From assembly GCA_036012755.1 (NCBI GenBank), contig DASCPX010000179.1, positions 78,566 to 142,565 of the forward strand: a stretch of DNA of 64,000 nucleotides. Direction: 5' to 3'. Both the position numbers and the translations under genes were made by a program. Below are positions 42,887-51,080 of this stretch, piece by piece; position 1 is the stretch's first letter; each line of letters begins with the position of its first letter. The notes beneath the pieces were generated by a model. The model was not told the origin of the DNA. It ran no database searches and saw only the letters and a program-made list of their open reading frames with translations. This stretch comes from Myxococcota bacterium. Lineage in GTDB: Bacteria > Myxococcota_A > UBA796 > CAJQPC01.

Positions 42887-42910
42887 TCGGGCTGCTATGG
42901 TCTCGGACCG

Positions 42911-43384
42911 ATGACAGGAGCACCCGTGAAGAAGGCCAACCTCTCGAAGCGCTTTCTCGCTGCGCTGGTGGACGGCGTCATCAGCAACGGCATCATGACG
43001 GCGATCGGCACACTGCTCCCTGGCATCGGAAACATCGTGATGTTCGCGCTCAGCCTGATCCCGACCGTCTTCGAGGACGACGTCCTGGGCACACCCGGGG
43101 TGAGCATCGGACGCAAGGCCTTCGGCCAGCGCCTGGTCAACCTGGACGGTACCCCCGTCGACCTCAAGACCTCGATCAAACGCAACGCGATCAACGCCGG
43201 GATGGTCGTCATCGGTGTCTTCACGCTGTTCATCCCCCAGTGGATCGACATCGGGCTGGTCCTGTTCCGCGACGGTCGCCGCATCTCGGACCTCCTCATG
43301 GGCACACGCGTCGCCGACCTCGAGGAGACTCCTCAGCTCACCGTCGATCCGCCCGGGGACGATGCCCCGGATGAAACCGACTGA
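42911..43384 (+). CDS. RDD-family membrane protein
   Basis: KRFLAALVDGVISN, then GRKAFGQRLV, then RRISDLLMGTRV, with 3 TM segments. Confidence 0.7.
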   Translation: MTGAPVKKANLSKRFLAALVDGVISNGIMTAIGTLLPGIGNIVMFALSLIPTVFEDDVLGTPGVSIGRKAFGQRLVNLDGTPVDLKTSIKRNAINAGMVVIGVFTLFIPQWIDIGLVLFRDGRRISDLLMGTRVADLEETPQLTVDPPGDDAPDETD

Positions 43385-43442
43385 CACACCGTGAAATAGC
43401 GTTCGAGACGCCGTAGCGAGACAGTGGGTTCAGGAGGTCCTG

Positions 43443-43793
43443 ATGATCCACGCGGTGCTCTTCTCTCTCGCCAACGCTTCCATCCCCGAGTCCGAGGTCC
43501 TCGAGATCCCGGTCATCCAACACGCCTCTGCAGAGGAGCTCGCGATGCGCCTCGAGCTGCGGGCTGTCCTCGACAACGACGTCTCCGCGATGGAGCAGGG
43601 GCTGGCGCTCTACGAGCTCATCCTCGACGGCATGGAGGAGGGTGACGAGATCGCCCGAACTCGCATCGCCGCCGGGATCCTGGCCAACCAGCTCGAAGAC
43701 CTCGATCGCGCACGCATGCACCTCGCGCAGGCGCAGTGGCACCCCGTCTACGGGGCCGAGGCCGAGGCGATCCTCGCAGACCTGGATCGCTGA
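43443..43793 (+). CDS. Hypothetical helical protein
   Basis: AGGAGG lies 6 nt before the ATG. 116-aa acidic helical protein with no recognisable motif. Confidence 0.45.
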   Translation: MIHAVLFSLANASIPESEVLEIPVIQHASAEELAMRLELRAVLDNDVSAMEQGLALYELILDGMEEGDEIARTRIAAGILANQLEDLDRARMHLAQAQWHPVYGAEAEAILADLDR

Positions 43794-43869
43794 TACCGGC
43801 TGTAATCCAGTTCGGCTGAAGTCCGGAGACGGGCTTCCGATGACGCGTCCCCACAACAAGGACGCACTC

Positions 43870-44784
43870 ATGACCCTCTCTCCCGAGCTCCTGCTCGCTC
43901 TCGATGGCTGTGCCCAGCCCAGCCTCTCCACACCCACGGAGAGCCCGACCGGGGGTGCCCTCATCGGCACCTCGGTTGATACCTGCGGATGCGACTCCAT
44001 CGCGGACGAGCTCGCCGAGCTGCGAGACGAGATCGACGAGATCGAAGACGGCGCCGAGCGAGCCGCGAAGAAGGCCTCGAGGACGTAGATGTCTCCACGA
44101 TCGACGACGCCCGCGCGGCGCTCTCGACGCTGAACGAGGCCCTCGCAGAGCTCGACGCAGAGCTCGACTCCATCACCGCCGAGCACGACATGCTGCTCGA
44201 CGAAGAGGCAGAGATGCTCGAGCTCGCCGACTGTGACATCGAGGGGAGCAAGCCTCTGGGGCGGACCGACGCCGACGCGGAGGCCTACCACGCCCTCGAG
44301 GCGAACATCGACGAGGGCATCGCGCTGAGCTCGACCGGGCTCGACGCGACCATGCAGGTGGAGCGCCAGCTGAGGCGGATTCGGAAGCTCGCGGCGGCCT
44401 CTGCGGCGAGACGATGGACGACAACGAGCGCGAGTACCTGCAGGAGGCGTACGTGGCCGCGGCGACAGAGATCGACCGCGTCGCCTGGGTCACCGCCTAC
44501 AACGGAATCCGCCTGCTGACGGCACGACCATCATCCTCGGCGTCCAGACCGGCACGACCGACGACAGCTGGGCCCGAGTCACCGTGCGACTCGGGGACAT
44601 GCGCTCGACCTTGCTCGGCGTCGACACGGCGAGCCTCGACCTGTCGAGCTCCATGGGGGCACAGGCGGCGCTGGACCCGGTCGACACGGCGCGCGACACG
44701 GTCGCCACCGACCGGGCGAGGCTGATGGCGGACCGCGGGACCCTGCTCGCGGAGAGGCAGCGCATCGAAGACCTGCTGGACTGA
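43870..44784 (+). pseudogene. Flagellin-like (D1-helix motif) gene broken by three 1-nt frameshifts
   Basis: The pieces lie in frames 1, 3, 2 and 1. Joined, they read ...DDNEREYLQEAYVAAATEIDRVAWVTAYNGIRLL(D)GTTIILGVQTG...AQAALDPVDTARDTVATDRARLMADRGTLL... Confidence 0.45.
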
Positions 44785-45621
44785 TCAGCTGGTGGCGCGG
44801 ACCTCTGCTATGAGGGCTTCCTCTTCCTGGTAGCGGGCGATGTTCGCCTCGATGAGCTCGTCCGGGTCGTAGCCCTTGTCCGTGAGGGCACCCCGGATGA
44901 TCTGGTCCATGATCAGGAACTTGTCGTCGAGGAAGGTACCGACACGATCCGGGGGGTAGGTCGTGTGGAAGTCGAAGACGATGTCGAGACTGTGCTGGAA
45001 GCCGATGAGGCAGATGGGCTGGTAGCCCTGGTGCGAGCGGCGAGCGCCCCAACCGGCGTCGATGCCGTTGCGACGCAGGACCTCGCGCTCTTCTGGCTTG
45101 CCGACGCCGAGATCGAGCAGGGGGGCGTTGTAGCGCACCCCGTAGCGCTTGTAGAACTCGATGTTCTTGTCGCGGGTGACCGGCATGGACATCACGGCGT
45201 ACTCGCCACCGACCGAGCTGCAGATGAAGGTGTTGGTGATGCCGCGCTCGAGATTGTAGAGGATGGTGTAGGTCCCCATCGACTCCTGGCATCCGAGACA
45301 GATGCACCAGTGACCACCGTACTTCAGCGTGTCGCGGATCCAACGGCTGGCCCCGATGCGGTCCCAGATCTTCGTGTGGTCGACGAGGTGGTGCTGGACG
45401 CGCAAGCCGAGCACCCGCTGGAGCTCCGGGGTGTGGCGCCGCGACCACTCGTTGAACAGCGCCGCGTAGTCGTGCTTGAAGGTCAAGAGGTGGATGCCAC
45501 CGCGTCGATCCTCGCGCTGGTTGGTTCCGATGATGATCGGCACCACGCAAGAGTCGAGGCCACCCGAATAGAGAACCGAGAAGTCCTTCAGCACCGCGTA
45601 TTCGGCCATCGACAAGGGCAT
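44785..45621 (-). CDS. PP-loop ATP pyrophosphatase superfamily protein (QueC/TtuA-like N-terminus)
   Basis: FSVLYSGGLDSCVV is the SGGxDS PP-loop. HWCICLGCQES is a Cys cluster. Confidence 0.65.
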   Translation of the reverse strand: MPLSMAEYAVLKDFSVLYSGGLDSCVVPIIIGTNQREDRRGGIHLLTFKHDYAALFNEWSRRHTPELQRVLGLRVQHHLVDHTKIWDRIGASRWIRDTLKYGGHWCICLGCQESMGTYTILYNLERGITNTFICSSVGGEYAVMSMPVTRDKNIEFYKRYGVRYNAPLLDLGVGKPEEREVLRRNGIDAGWGARRSHQGYQPICLIGFQHSLDIVFDFHTTYPPDRVGTFLDDKFLIMDQIIRGALTDKGYDPDELIEANIARYQEEEALIAEVRATS

Positions 45622-45665
45622 GACCGGATCCTACCGCCCCGTGATCGGTGCGATAGGTTGGGCCC

Positions 45666-45932
45666 ATGAGCCACGACCGCCAAGCCGCCAGCGCCGAGCT
45701 CCTCGAGTCCATCAGGGAGCGCATCCGAGAAGCCATCCCAGGCGCCGACGTCGACGTGCACGGAGCCGGCGGCCACTTCGAGATCGAGGTCGTCTCGGCT
45801 GAGTTCGAAGGCAAGCGGACCCTGCAGAAGCACCGGATGGTGCTCCAGGCGATCGCGCCGTTGATGTCCGGCGCCAGCGCGCCCGTCCACGCCATCGACC
45901 GACTGTCGACGACCACGCCCAAGGAGACCTAG
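45666..45932 (+). CDS. BolA/IbaG-family protein
   Basis: GGHFEIEVVSAEFEGKRTLQKHRMV followed by PVHAI. Confidence 0.75.
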   Translation: MSHDRQAASAELLESIRERIREAIPGADVDVHGAGGHFEIEVVSAEFEGKRTLQKHRMVLQAIAPLMSGASAPVHAIDRLSTTTPKET

Positions 45933-48283
45933 ATCTCCACGGTCAGGCCCGCGAGGGCCCCGTCGAGGCGGCGCACCTCTGAGAGGACCTCTTCCTGGGT
46001 CAGGCTGCGCTCGGGGTGGTTGAACTCGAGCTCGACGGTGACGCGCTTGCAGCCCTCTGGCACGCCGCGGCCGGCGTAGACGTCCCGCACGCTGTGGCGG
46101 ACGAGGCGCTGGAGCCCGACCTCGGCGACCTGCTCCAGCAGGGTCGAGGCCAGATGCCGGGCAGGTGCCAGCACGTTGACGTGGATCTCGATCGACGGGA
46201 AGCGTGGCGGAGGCGTGAAGCGCGGCGTCTCCGGGACCCCTGAGAGCAGGGCCTCGAAGTCCACGTGGAAGGCCGTGAAGGGTGCCCCGAGATCAAGCTC
46301 GGAGGCTAGGGTCGGGTGGAGCTCGCCCAGGAACCCGATGACCGCTCCCCCGCTGGTCAGCACAGCCTGCCGAGATGGATGGAAGCAGCGCGGCAGGCAC
46401 CAGCCCGGGGCCGCGCCCAGCTCCACGCTCACCTCGACACCCAGCAGCCCCAGCGCGGCGAGCACCGCGTCACGGGCGGCGTAGAAGGCGCGGTCGAGGT
46501 CGCCCTCGGCCACGGCGCCGCTGAGGTGATGCCGCTCGACGAGCTGGCCGTCGACGCGACCGTAGATCTTCGCGATCTCGAAGAGCCTCACCGAAGAGAG
46601 GCTCTTCCGGTTCAGGCGCACCGCCTCGACGAGGTCGGGGAGACTGCTCGGACGGAAGAACCGGTAGTGCTCGACCAGGGGGTTCTTCAGCTCCAGGAGC
46701 GTCTCGAGGGGCAGCCCGTAGCGCTGGACCTCCGCATCGCCGATCCACTGGCCGAGGTAGACCTCGTCGAAGCCGAGACCGGTGAGGGCCCGCCGGAGCG
46801 CGAAGCCCTTGGTGAACACCGGGTTGTCCCGGGGCGCGGCCAGCGGCGCCGTTGGCAGCTCGGCCACGACGTGCTCATAGCCGTGGATGCGCCCGACCTC
46901 CTCGTTGAGCGTCTCCTGGATGTCGATGTCCGGGCGGAAGTCCGGGACGAGCACGTTCCAGCTCTCGTCCACCTCGAAGCCGAGCTTCTCGAAGCGAGCG
47001 CGGATCAGCGCGTCAGGCACGTCCATGCCGATGCGGGCTCGCGCTTCGTCCGGAGAGAAGGCGACCGTGACCGCCTCTCGCGGCGAGGGCCATTCATCGA
47101 CCGCAGCGCCGACACGCACGCTCGGGCCCCCGACCTCTGTCAGGAGCCTGGCCAGGCGAGCCGCGCCCCGGTGGACACCGCTCTCTGGGAGCCCCTTCTC
47201 GAAGCGCAGAGATGCCTCTGTGCGCAGCGCCAGCCGCCGCGAGCAGCGTCGAACGGTGAACATGTCGAAGGCCGCGGACTCGACGAGCACGTCGGTCGTG
47301 TCGTCGCCGATCTCGCTGTGGAGATCGCCCATGACGCCGGCCAGCGCCACCGGCTCGTCCCCGTCGGTCACCAGCATGCACTCACTCGTCAGGCTGCGCT
47401 GCACACCGTCCAGCGTCGTGATGCTCTCGCCGTCGGTCGCCATGCGCAGCCCGATGACCCCGGTCTTCAGCTGGCGCCGGTCGAAGGTGTGGAGCGGCTG
47501 CCCCAGCTCGAGCATCGCCAGGTTGGCGGCGTCGACGATGTTCGTGATGGGCCGCATGCCCAGCTTGCGGACGGCGTTCTGCAGCCACTGGGGCGAAGGG
47601 CCGACCTCCAGATCGTGGATCTGGAGAGCCAGGTAGCGGCTGCAGTTTTCCGTGCGGATGTCGATTGCGACGTCCTTCAACTGCGCCCAGTCGGTGGAGG
47701 CGGCCGGGGGCTCGTGGACGTCAGTGCCGAAGATGGCGGCCACGTCGCGGGCCATGCCGAGCAAGGAGTAGAGATCGGAGCGGTTGGGCTCCAGATCGAA
47801 CTCCAGGACGACATCGTCGAGTTGCAGAGCGTCGAAGGGATCGGCGTCGTCCTCTACGTCGGGCCCGAAGCCCAGGGGGTGCGCCGCGTCGGCCCCGATG
47901 CCAGCTGTCGCCTCGCTGAGCAGCATGCCGTCAGAGGCGAGACCCTCGACCGGCCGAGCGAGGACCGGCTCGCCCAGCGGGGTCGTGGACCCTGCGAGCA
48001 CCGCGGCGTAGCGCTGGCCGGCTAGCACACCGTGCTTGTTCCCCACGACGAGGTGGATCGACCCACCAGAGTGGGCCGCGAGCCAGCGATCGTAGTCGTC
48101 ACCACTGTCGGCGACCTCGACGAGGCGGGCGATGACGACGCCGACGAAGCTCTCCCGCGAGGGGAAGCGGTGGATGCCCTCGACCTCCGAGATTCGACCG
48201 TTCATCAGGTCGGCGAGCTCTTCGACGGACACCCCTGGAGGGATGTCGACGAGCTTGCCCAGGAGCGAGACGGGAACACGCAT
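45929..48283 (-). CDS. pheT: Phenylalanine--tRNA ligase beta subunit
   Basis: 784 aa. N-terminus MRVPVSLLGKLVDIP. The internal B3/B4 and B5 regions, and the FDX-ACB-like C-terminus, are typical of PheT. Confidence 0.9.
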   Translation of the reverse strand: MRVPVSLLGKLVDIPPGVSVEELADLMNGRISEVEGIHRFPSRESFVGVVIARLVEVADSGDDYDRWLAAHSGGSIHLVVGNKHGVLAGQRYAAVLAGSTTPLGEPVLARPVEGLASDGMLLSEATAGIGADAAHPLGFGPDVEDDADPFDALQLDDVVLEFDLEPNRSDLYSLLGMARDVAAIFGTDVHEPPAASTDWAQLKDVAIDIRTENCSRYLALQIHDLEVGPSPQWLQNAVRKLGMRPITNIVDAANLAMLELGQPLHTFDRRQLKTGVIGLRMATDGESITTLDGVQRSLTSECMLVTDGDEPVALAGVMGDLHSEIGDDTTDVLVESAAFDMFTVRRCSRRLALRTEASLRFEKGLPESGVHRGAARLARLLTEVGGPSVRVGAAVDEWPSPREAVTVAFSPDEARARIGMDVPDALIRARFEKLGFEVDESWNVLVPDFRPDIDIQETLNEEVGRIHGYEHVVAELPTAPLAAPRDNPVFTKGFALRRALTGLGFDEVYLGQWIGDAEVQRYGLPLETLLELKNPLVEHYRFFRPSSLPDLVEAVRLNRKSLSSVRLFEIAKIYGRVDGQLVERHHLSGAVAEGDLDRAFYAARDAVLAALGLLGVEVSVELGAAPGWCLPRCFHPSRQAVLTSGGAVIGFLGELHPTLASELDLGAPFTAFHVDFEALLSGVPETPRFTPPPRFPSIEIHVNVLAPARHLASTLLEQVAEVGLQRLVRHSVRDVYAGRGVPEGCKRVTVELEFNHPERSLTQEEVLSEVRRLDGALAGLTVEI

Positions 48284-48311
48284 AAGCCTTCCAGCGAGGC
48301 CCCGTCTCTAA

Positions 48312-48635
48312 TCACATCTCGAGGGCCAGGCGCAGGAGAATGCCGACGGCGAACTGGATGGCGAAGCCGATCTTCGCCCCCTTCTTGGTCTCGGCCCCCT
48401 TCGCGATGGCGAGCACCAGGATGGCGCCGATGCAGCCGCCGAAGAAGCCTGCGAGGAAGCCACCCCAGAACGTGCCTTCGACGACCGCCGCCTCCTCGAG
48501 GCCGTCCGCCTGGTCGATCGCGACATTGTCGCTGCACTCCTCACAGATCAGCCCGTCACCGCTGTAGGTCCCGGTGGCAGGATCGAGTGGGCCGTTGCAT
48601 CGGGGGCAGGTCTCGCCCTTCTGTTGGATTTCCAT
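48312..48635 (-). CDS. Zinc-ribbon membrane protein
   Basis: CPRC...CEEC followed by two Gly-rich TM helices. Confidence 0.55.
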   Translation of the reverse strand: MEIQQKGETCPRCNGPLDPATGTYSGDGLICEECSDNVAIDQADGLEEAAVVEGTFWGGFLAGFFGGCIGAILVLAIAKGAETKKGAKIGFAIQFAVGILLRLALEM

Positions 48636-48652
48636 TTCGGCAGTCTACACCT

Positions 48653-48955
48653 TCAGGGGCACGCGCCCTGGGCGAGAGCCTCCCAACCACAGCGTTCAAC
48701 CCGCTTGAGCCAGGCCTTGACCTCGCTGCGGCTGGCCTCGACCAGCGGCGAATTGGGCACCCCCCGCCCGGTAAGCCACGACCCGAAGGCACCCGCGGCC
48801 GCGGCGTCGGTCAGGGCCTCGATCTCCGCAAATCGGAAGAGCGCCGCTGCCTGGGCGGCGAGGAAGTCCAGCTGCTCCTTCTTGCGGGCCTCGTTGCCAC
48901 GGTGGATCGGGATCATCACGGCGGGGTCGCTGGTGTTGGGAGAGGTCGTCACCAT
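48653..48955 (-). CDS. Stand-alone or truncated copy of the C-terminal domain of the 49492..50961 protein
   Basis: EQLDFLAAQAAALFRFAE...VKAWLKRVERCGWEALAQGAC parallels EQLDFLAANIAAAFRFGF...IRDYVKRARRCDDGWIGLAEWRC. Confidence 0.4.
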   Translation of the reverse strand: MVTTSPNTSDPAVMIPIHRGNEARKKEQLDFLAAQAAALFRFAEIEALTDAAAAGAFGSWLTGRGVPNSPLVEASRSEVKAWLKRVERCGWEALAQGACP

Positions 48956-49487
48956 GACCAGGGTCGTCGCCCGCTCGGCGAGCACCACGTTCGCGCGCCT
49001 CGATCACGAAGGGCGGCCCTTCCGCCTCGGGCGCTACAGCGACTCCTGGGTGGTGGTGGGCTTCGTCTACACCCACTGCCAGTCTCCGACGGCGTGCCCG
49101 CTGACGATGAGCCGGATGGCGGGCGTGCAGAAGCTCTGGGACGAGGAGGAGGCAGAGGACCGCACCGGCGGGGTGGACCTGCTGCTGCTCACGCTCACCT
49201 TCGACGCCGCCCGGGACGGCCCGGATGCGCTGAAGGCCTACGGGGAGATGTTCGGCGCGGACTTCGGCTCGTGGACGCTGGCGACAGGCCCCGACGAGCT
49301 GATGAACGACGCCCTGCCCGCGCTCTTCGGCGTCCTGGCGCTGACCTTCTCCGGCGGCCAGATCAGCCACAGCGTGAAGGTCGCGCTGTTGAAGCCTGGC
49401 CTGGAGCTGGCGGCGGAGTGGCCCGACAACGCCTTCGAGCCAGCGGATGTCGTCGCCGAGATCCTCGAACCAGAGGGCGACCCCTGA
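48954..49487 (+). CDS. SCO1/SenC-family thiol-disulfide (copper chaperone) protein
   Basis: FVYTHCQSPTACP has CX5C spacing instead of the usual CX3C. ISHSVKVALL carries the conserved His. An alternative TTG at 48894 would add a TM anchor (PRWIGIITAGSLVLGEVV). Confidence 0.7.
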   Translation: MTRVVARSASTTFARLDHEGRPFRLGRYSDSWVVVGFVYTHCQSPTACPLTMSRMAGVQKLWDEEEAEDRTGGVDLLLLTLTFDAARDGPDALKAYGEMFGADFGSWTLATGPDELMNDALPALFGVLALTFSGGQISHSVKVALLKPGLELAAEWPDNAFEPADVVAEILEPEGDP

Positions 49488-49491
49488 ACGA

Positions 49492-50961
49492 TCAGCAGCG
49501 CCACTCGGCGAGGCCGATCCAGCCATCGTCGCAGCGACGAGCGCGCTTGACGTAGTCACGGATGAGCTCACGCTCCGCGGCGACATAGGGCTGGCCGACC
49601 ACGGGTGTCCTGGTCGTGATCCAGGCAAAGGCGGCGCTGGCGGCCATGTCCGTGAGCGCCGGCTCGAAGCCGAAGCGGAAGGCTGCAGCGATGTTGGCTG
49701 CGAGGAAGTCCAGCTGCTCCAGCTCGCCCGCGGAGCGGATCACCGAAGCGGGGACCTCGACGGTGACGGGACCCTTCATGTCACCGAAGCGGGCCAGGTG
49801 CGAGTAGCGATCGCGCAGCTCGATCCCTGCCCTTCGCGGCGCTGCTCCGAAGTCCTCCTCCAGCAGGTCGAAGAACTCGAGCAGGTGGGTGTCGAACTCC
49901 GCCAGGGGCTCCGCGAGCCCCCCCGTGAGATCCCGCAGCGTGTAGCGCTCGTGGACCCTGCACAGAGGGTTGGGGACGAGGTCCTCGACGCCGTCCGACT
50001 CCACCGCGAACCACATGCCGCCGGGGTGCTCGGCGTGGTTGGGGGACATCCGCACCCCTCGCTTCAGGGTCGAGTCGGGCCAGCGCTCGCCAGCGGTGTC
50101 GTGCCCGTGCAGGTTCCCTCCGCCGTGCAGATCGATGCGCTCGGCACCGGGCGGTCGCCAGGGGGAGCACACGACCGACCCATCGCGGGGAATGACGATG
50201 GCGTGGTCCGGATACCCCGTCGAGCCATCCCACCAGCCGTCGCCGTCGGTGTCCCAGCTGTAGGGGTCCGTGCCGCCCAGCGTCTCGTAGAGCGTCGTCA
50301 GCCCATCCCGATCCGGATCGCCGAGGGCGGCCCTCTGGCTCCGCACATCGAAGAGCGCCTCCAGCACCAGCAGGCCTCCGTCCCTGGCGCGGAGCTCCTC
50401 GTAGAGAGCCTCCGTGCTGTCGAGGTCGGCCCAGAAACGCTCCGGGGGAATGACCAGACCGATGGCCTCGAAGAGCCGCTGGGAGTTGACGTAGTAGGCC
50501 TCGACCTCGGCGGAGCTGAGCTCGTCGAATGAGTCCACCGCGGAGGTCCAGGTCCGTATGTCGTCAGGCAGGGGCGGCTGTCCGCCCCAGTGACGGAAGC
50601 GCACGTGATCGGGAATGCGCTCGGCCACACAGAGGGCCAGAAGCTCCGCGCGGCCCTCGACCATCCAGGCGTCAGCCCCATGGATCCAGGCGTGTGAGAC
50701 CTCGTGAGCGAGCACGGCGTTGTCCGCCTCGGGCCGTAGGTGCAGCTCCACCAGCCCCGCCGAGATGGTGGTGTCCGCAGCCCCGTCAGGTCCCTCCGGA
50801 TCGACGAGATCACGGTAGATCGGCACCTCTGCTGCGGCCATCGGCGTGCGACCGCTGCAAGCTTCGGCCGCAGCCCAGGCCGCCGTGGCGACCTCCACGT
50901 CCTCTGGCCGGTCCGCGGTGAAGACCGGCACGGCGAGCGCGGTTCCGAAAAGGGCGAGCAT
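49492..50961 (-). CDS. Secreted HExxH zinc-metalloprotease-like protein with Asp-rich Ca-binding-type repeats
   Basis: ATG at 50961 gives MLALFGTALAVPVF. LAHEVSHAW...EGRAEL is HExxH plus a downstream Glu. DPDRDGLTT and DTDGDGWWD repeats. Confidence 0.6.
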   Translation of the reverse strand: MLALFGTALAVPVFTADRPEDVEVATAAWAAAEACSGRTPMAAAEVPIYRDLVDPEGPDGAADTTISAGLVELHLRPEADNAVLAHEVSHAWIHGADAWMVEGRAELLALCVAERIPDHVRFRHWGGQPPLPDDIRTWTSAVDSFDELSSAEVEAYYVNSQRLFEAIGLVIPPERFWADLDSTEALYEELRARDGGLLVLEALFDVRSQRAALGDPDRDGLTTLYETLGGTDPYSWDTDGDGWWDGSTGYPDHAIVIPRDGSVVCSPWRPPGAERIDLHGGGNLHGHDTAGERWPDSTLKRGVRMSPNHAEHPGGMWFAVESDGVEDLVPNPLCRVHERYTLRDLTGGLAEPLAEFDTHLLEFFDLLEEDFGAAPRRAGIELRDRYSHLARFGDMKGPVTVEVPASVIRSAGELEQLDFLAANIAAAFRFGFEPALTDMAASAAFAWITTRTPVVGQPYVAAERELIRDYVKRARRCDDGWIGLAEWRC

Positions 50962-51080
50962 GTTCCAGAGGATCGCACGGATCGGACGATGAAATGTTCC
51001 AGCGATGAAATGTCCGTCCCTCGTCGCGCTGCGCGCAGGATCTGCACGAACCGCCTGCGCCCGGCGCGGTCCCACCCCTC

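Noticed and set aside
40302-45621. Impression of lower G+C, suggesting a horizontally acquired island (rSAM genes to the PP-loop gene)
   Set aside because: Hand counts of single 60-nt lines were inconsistent: 35/60 at 41041, 44/60 at 45001, 36/60 at 45181 and 36/60 at 45241, against 40/60 at 1081. No flanking tRNA, integrase or direct repeats were seen. A proper sliding-window GC and codon-usage calculation is needed before any claim.
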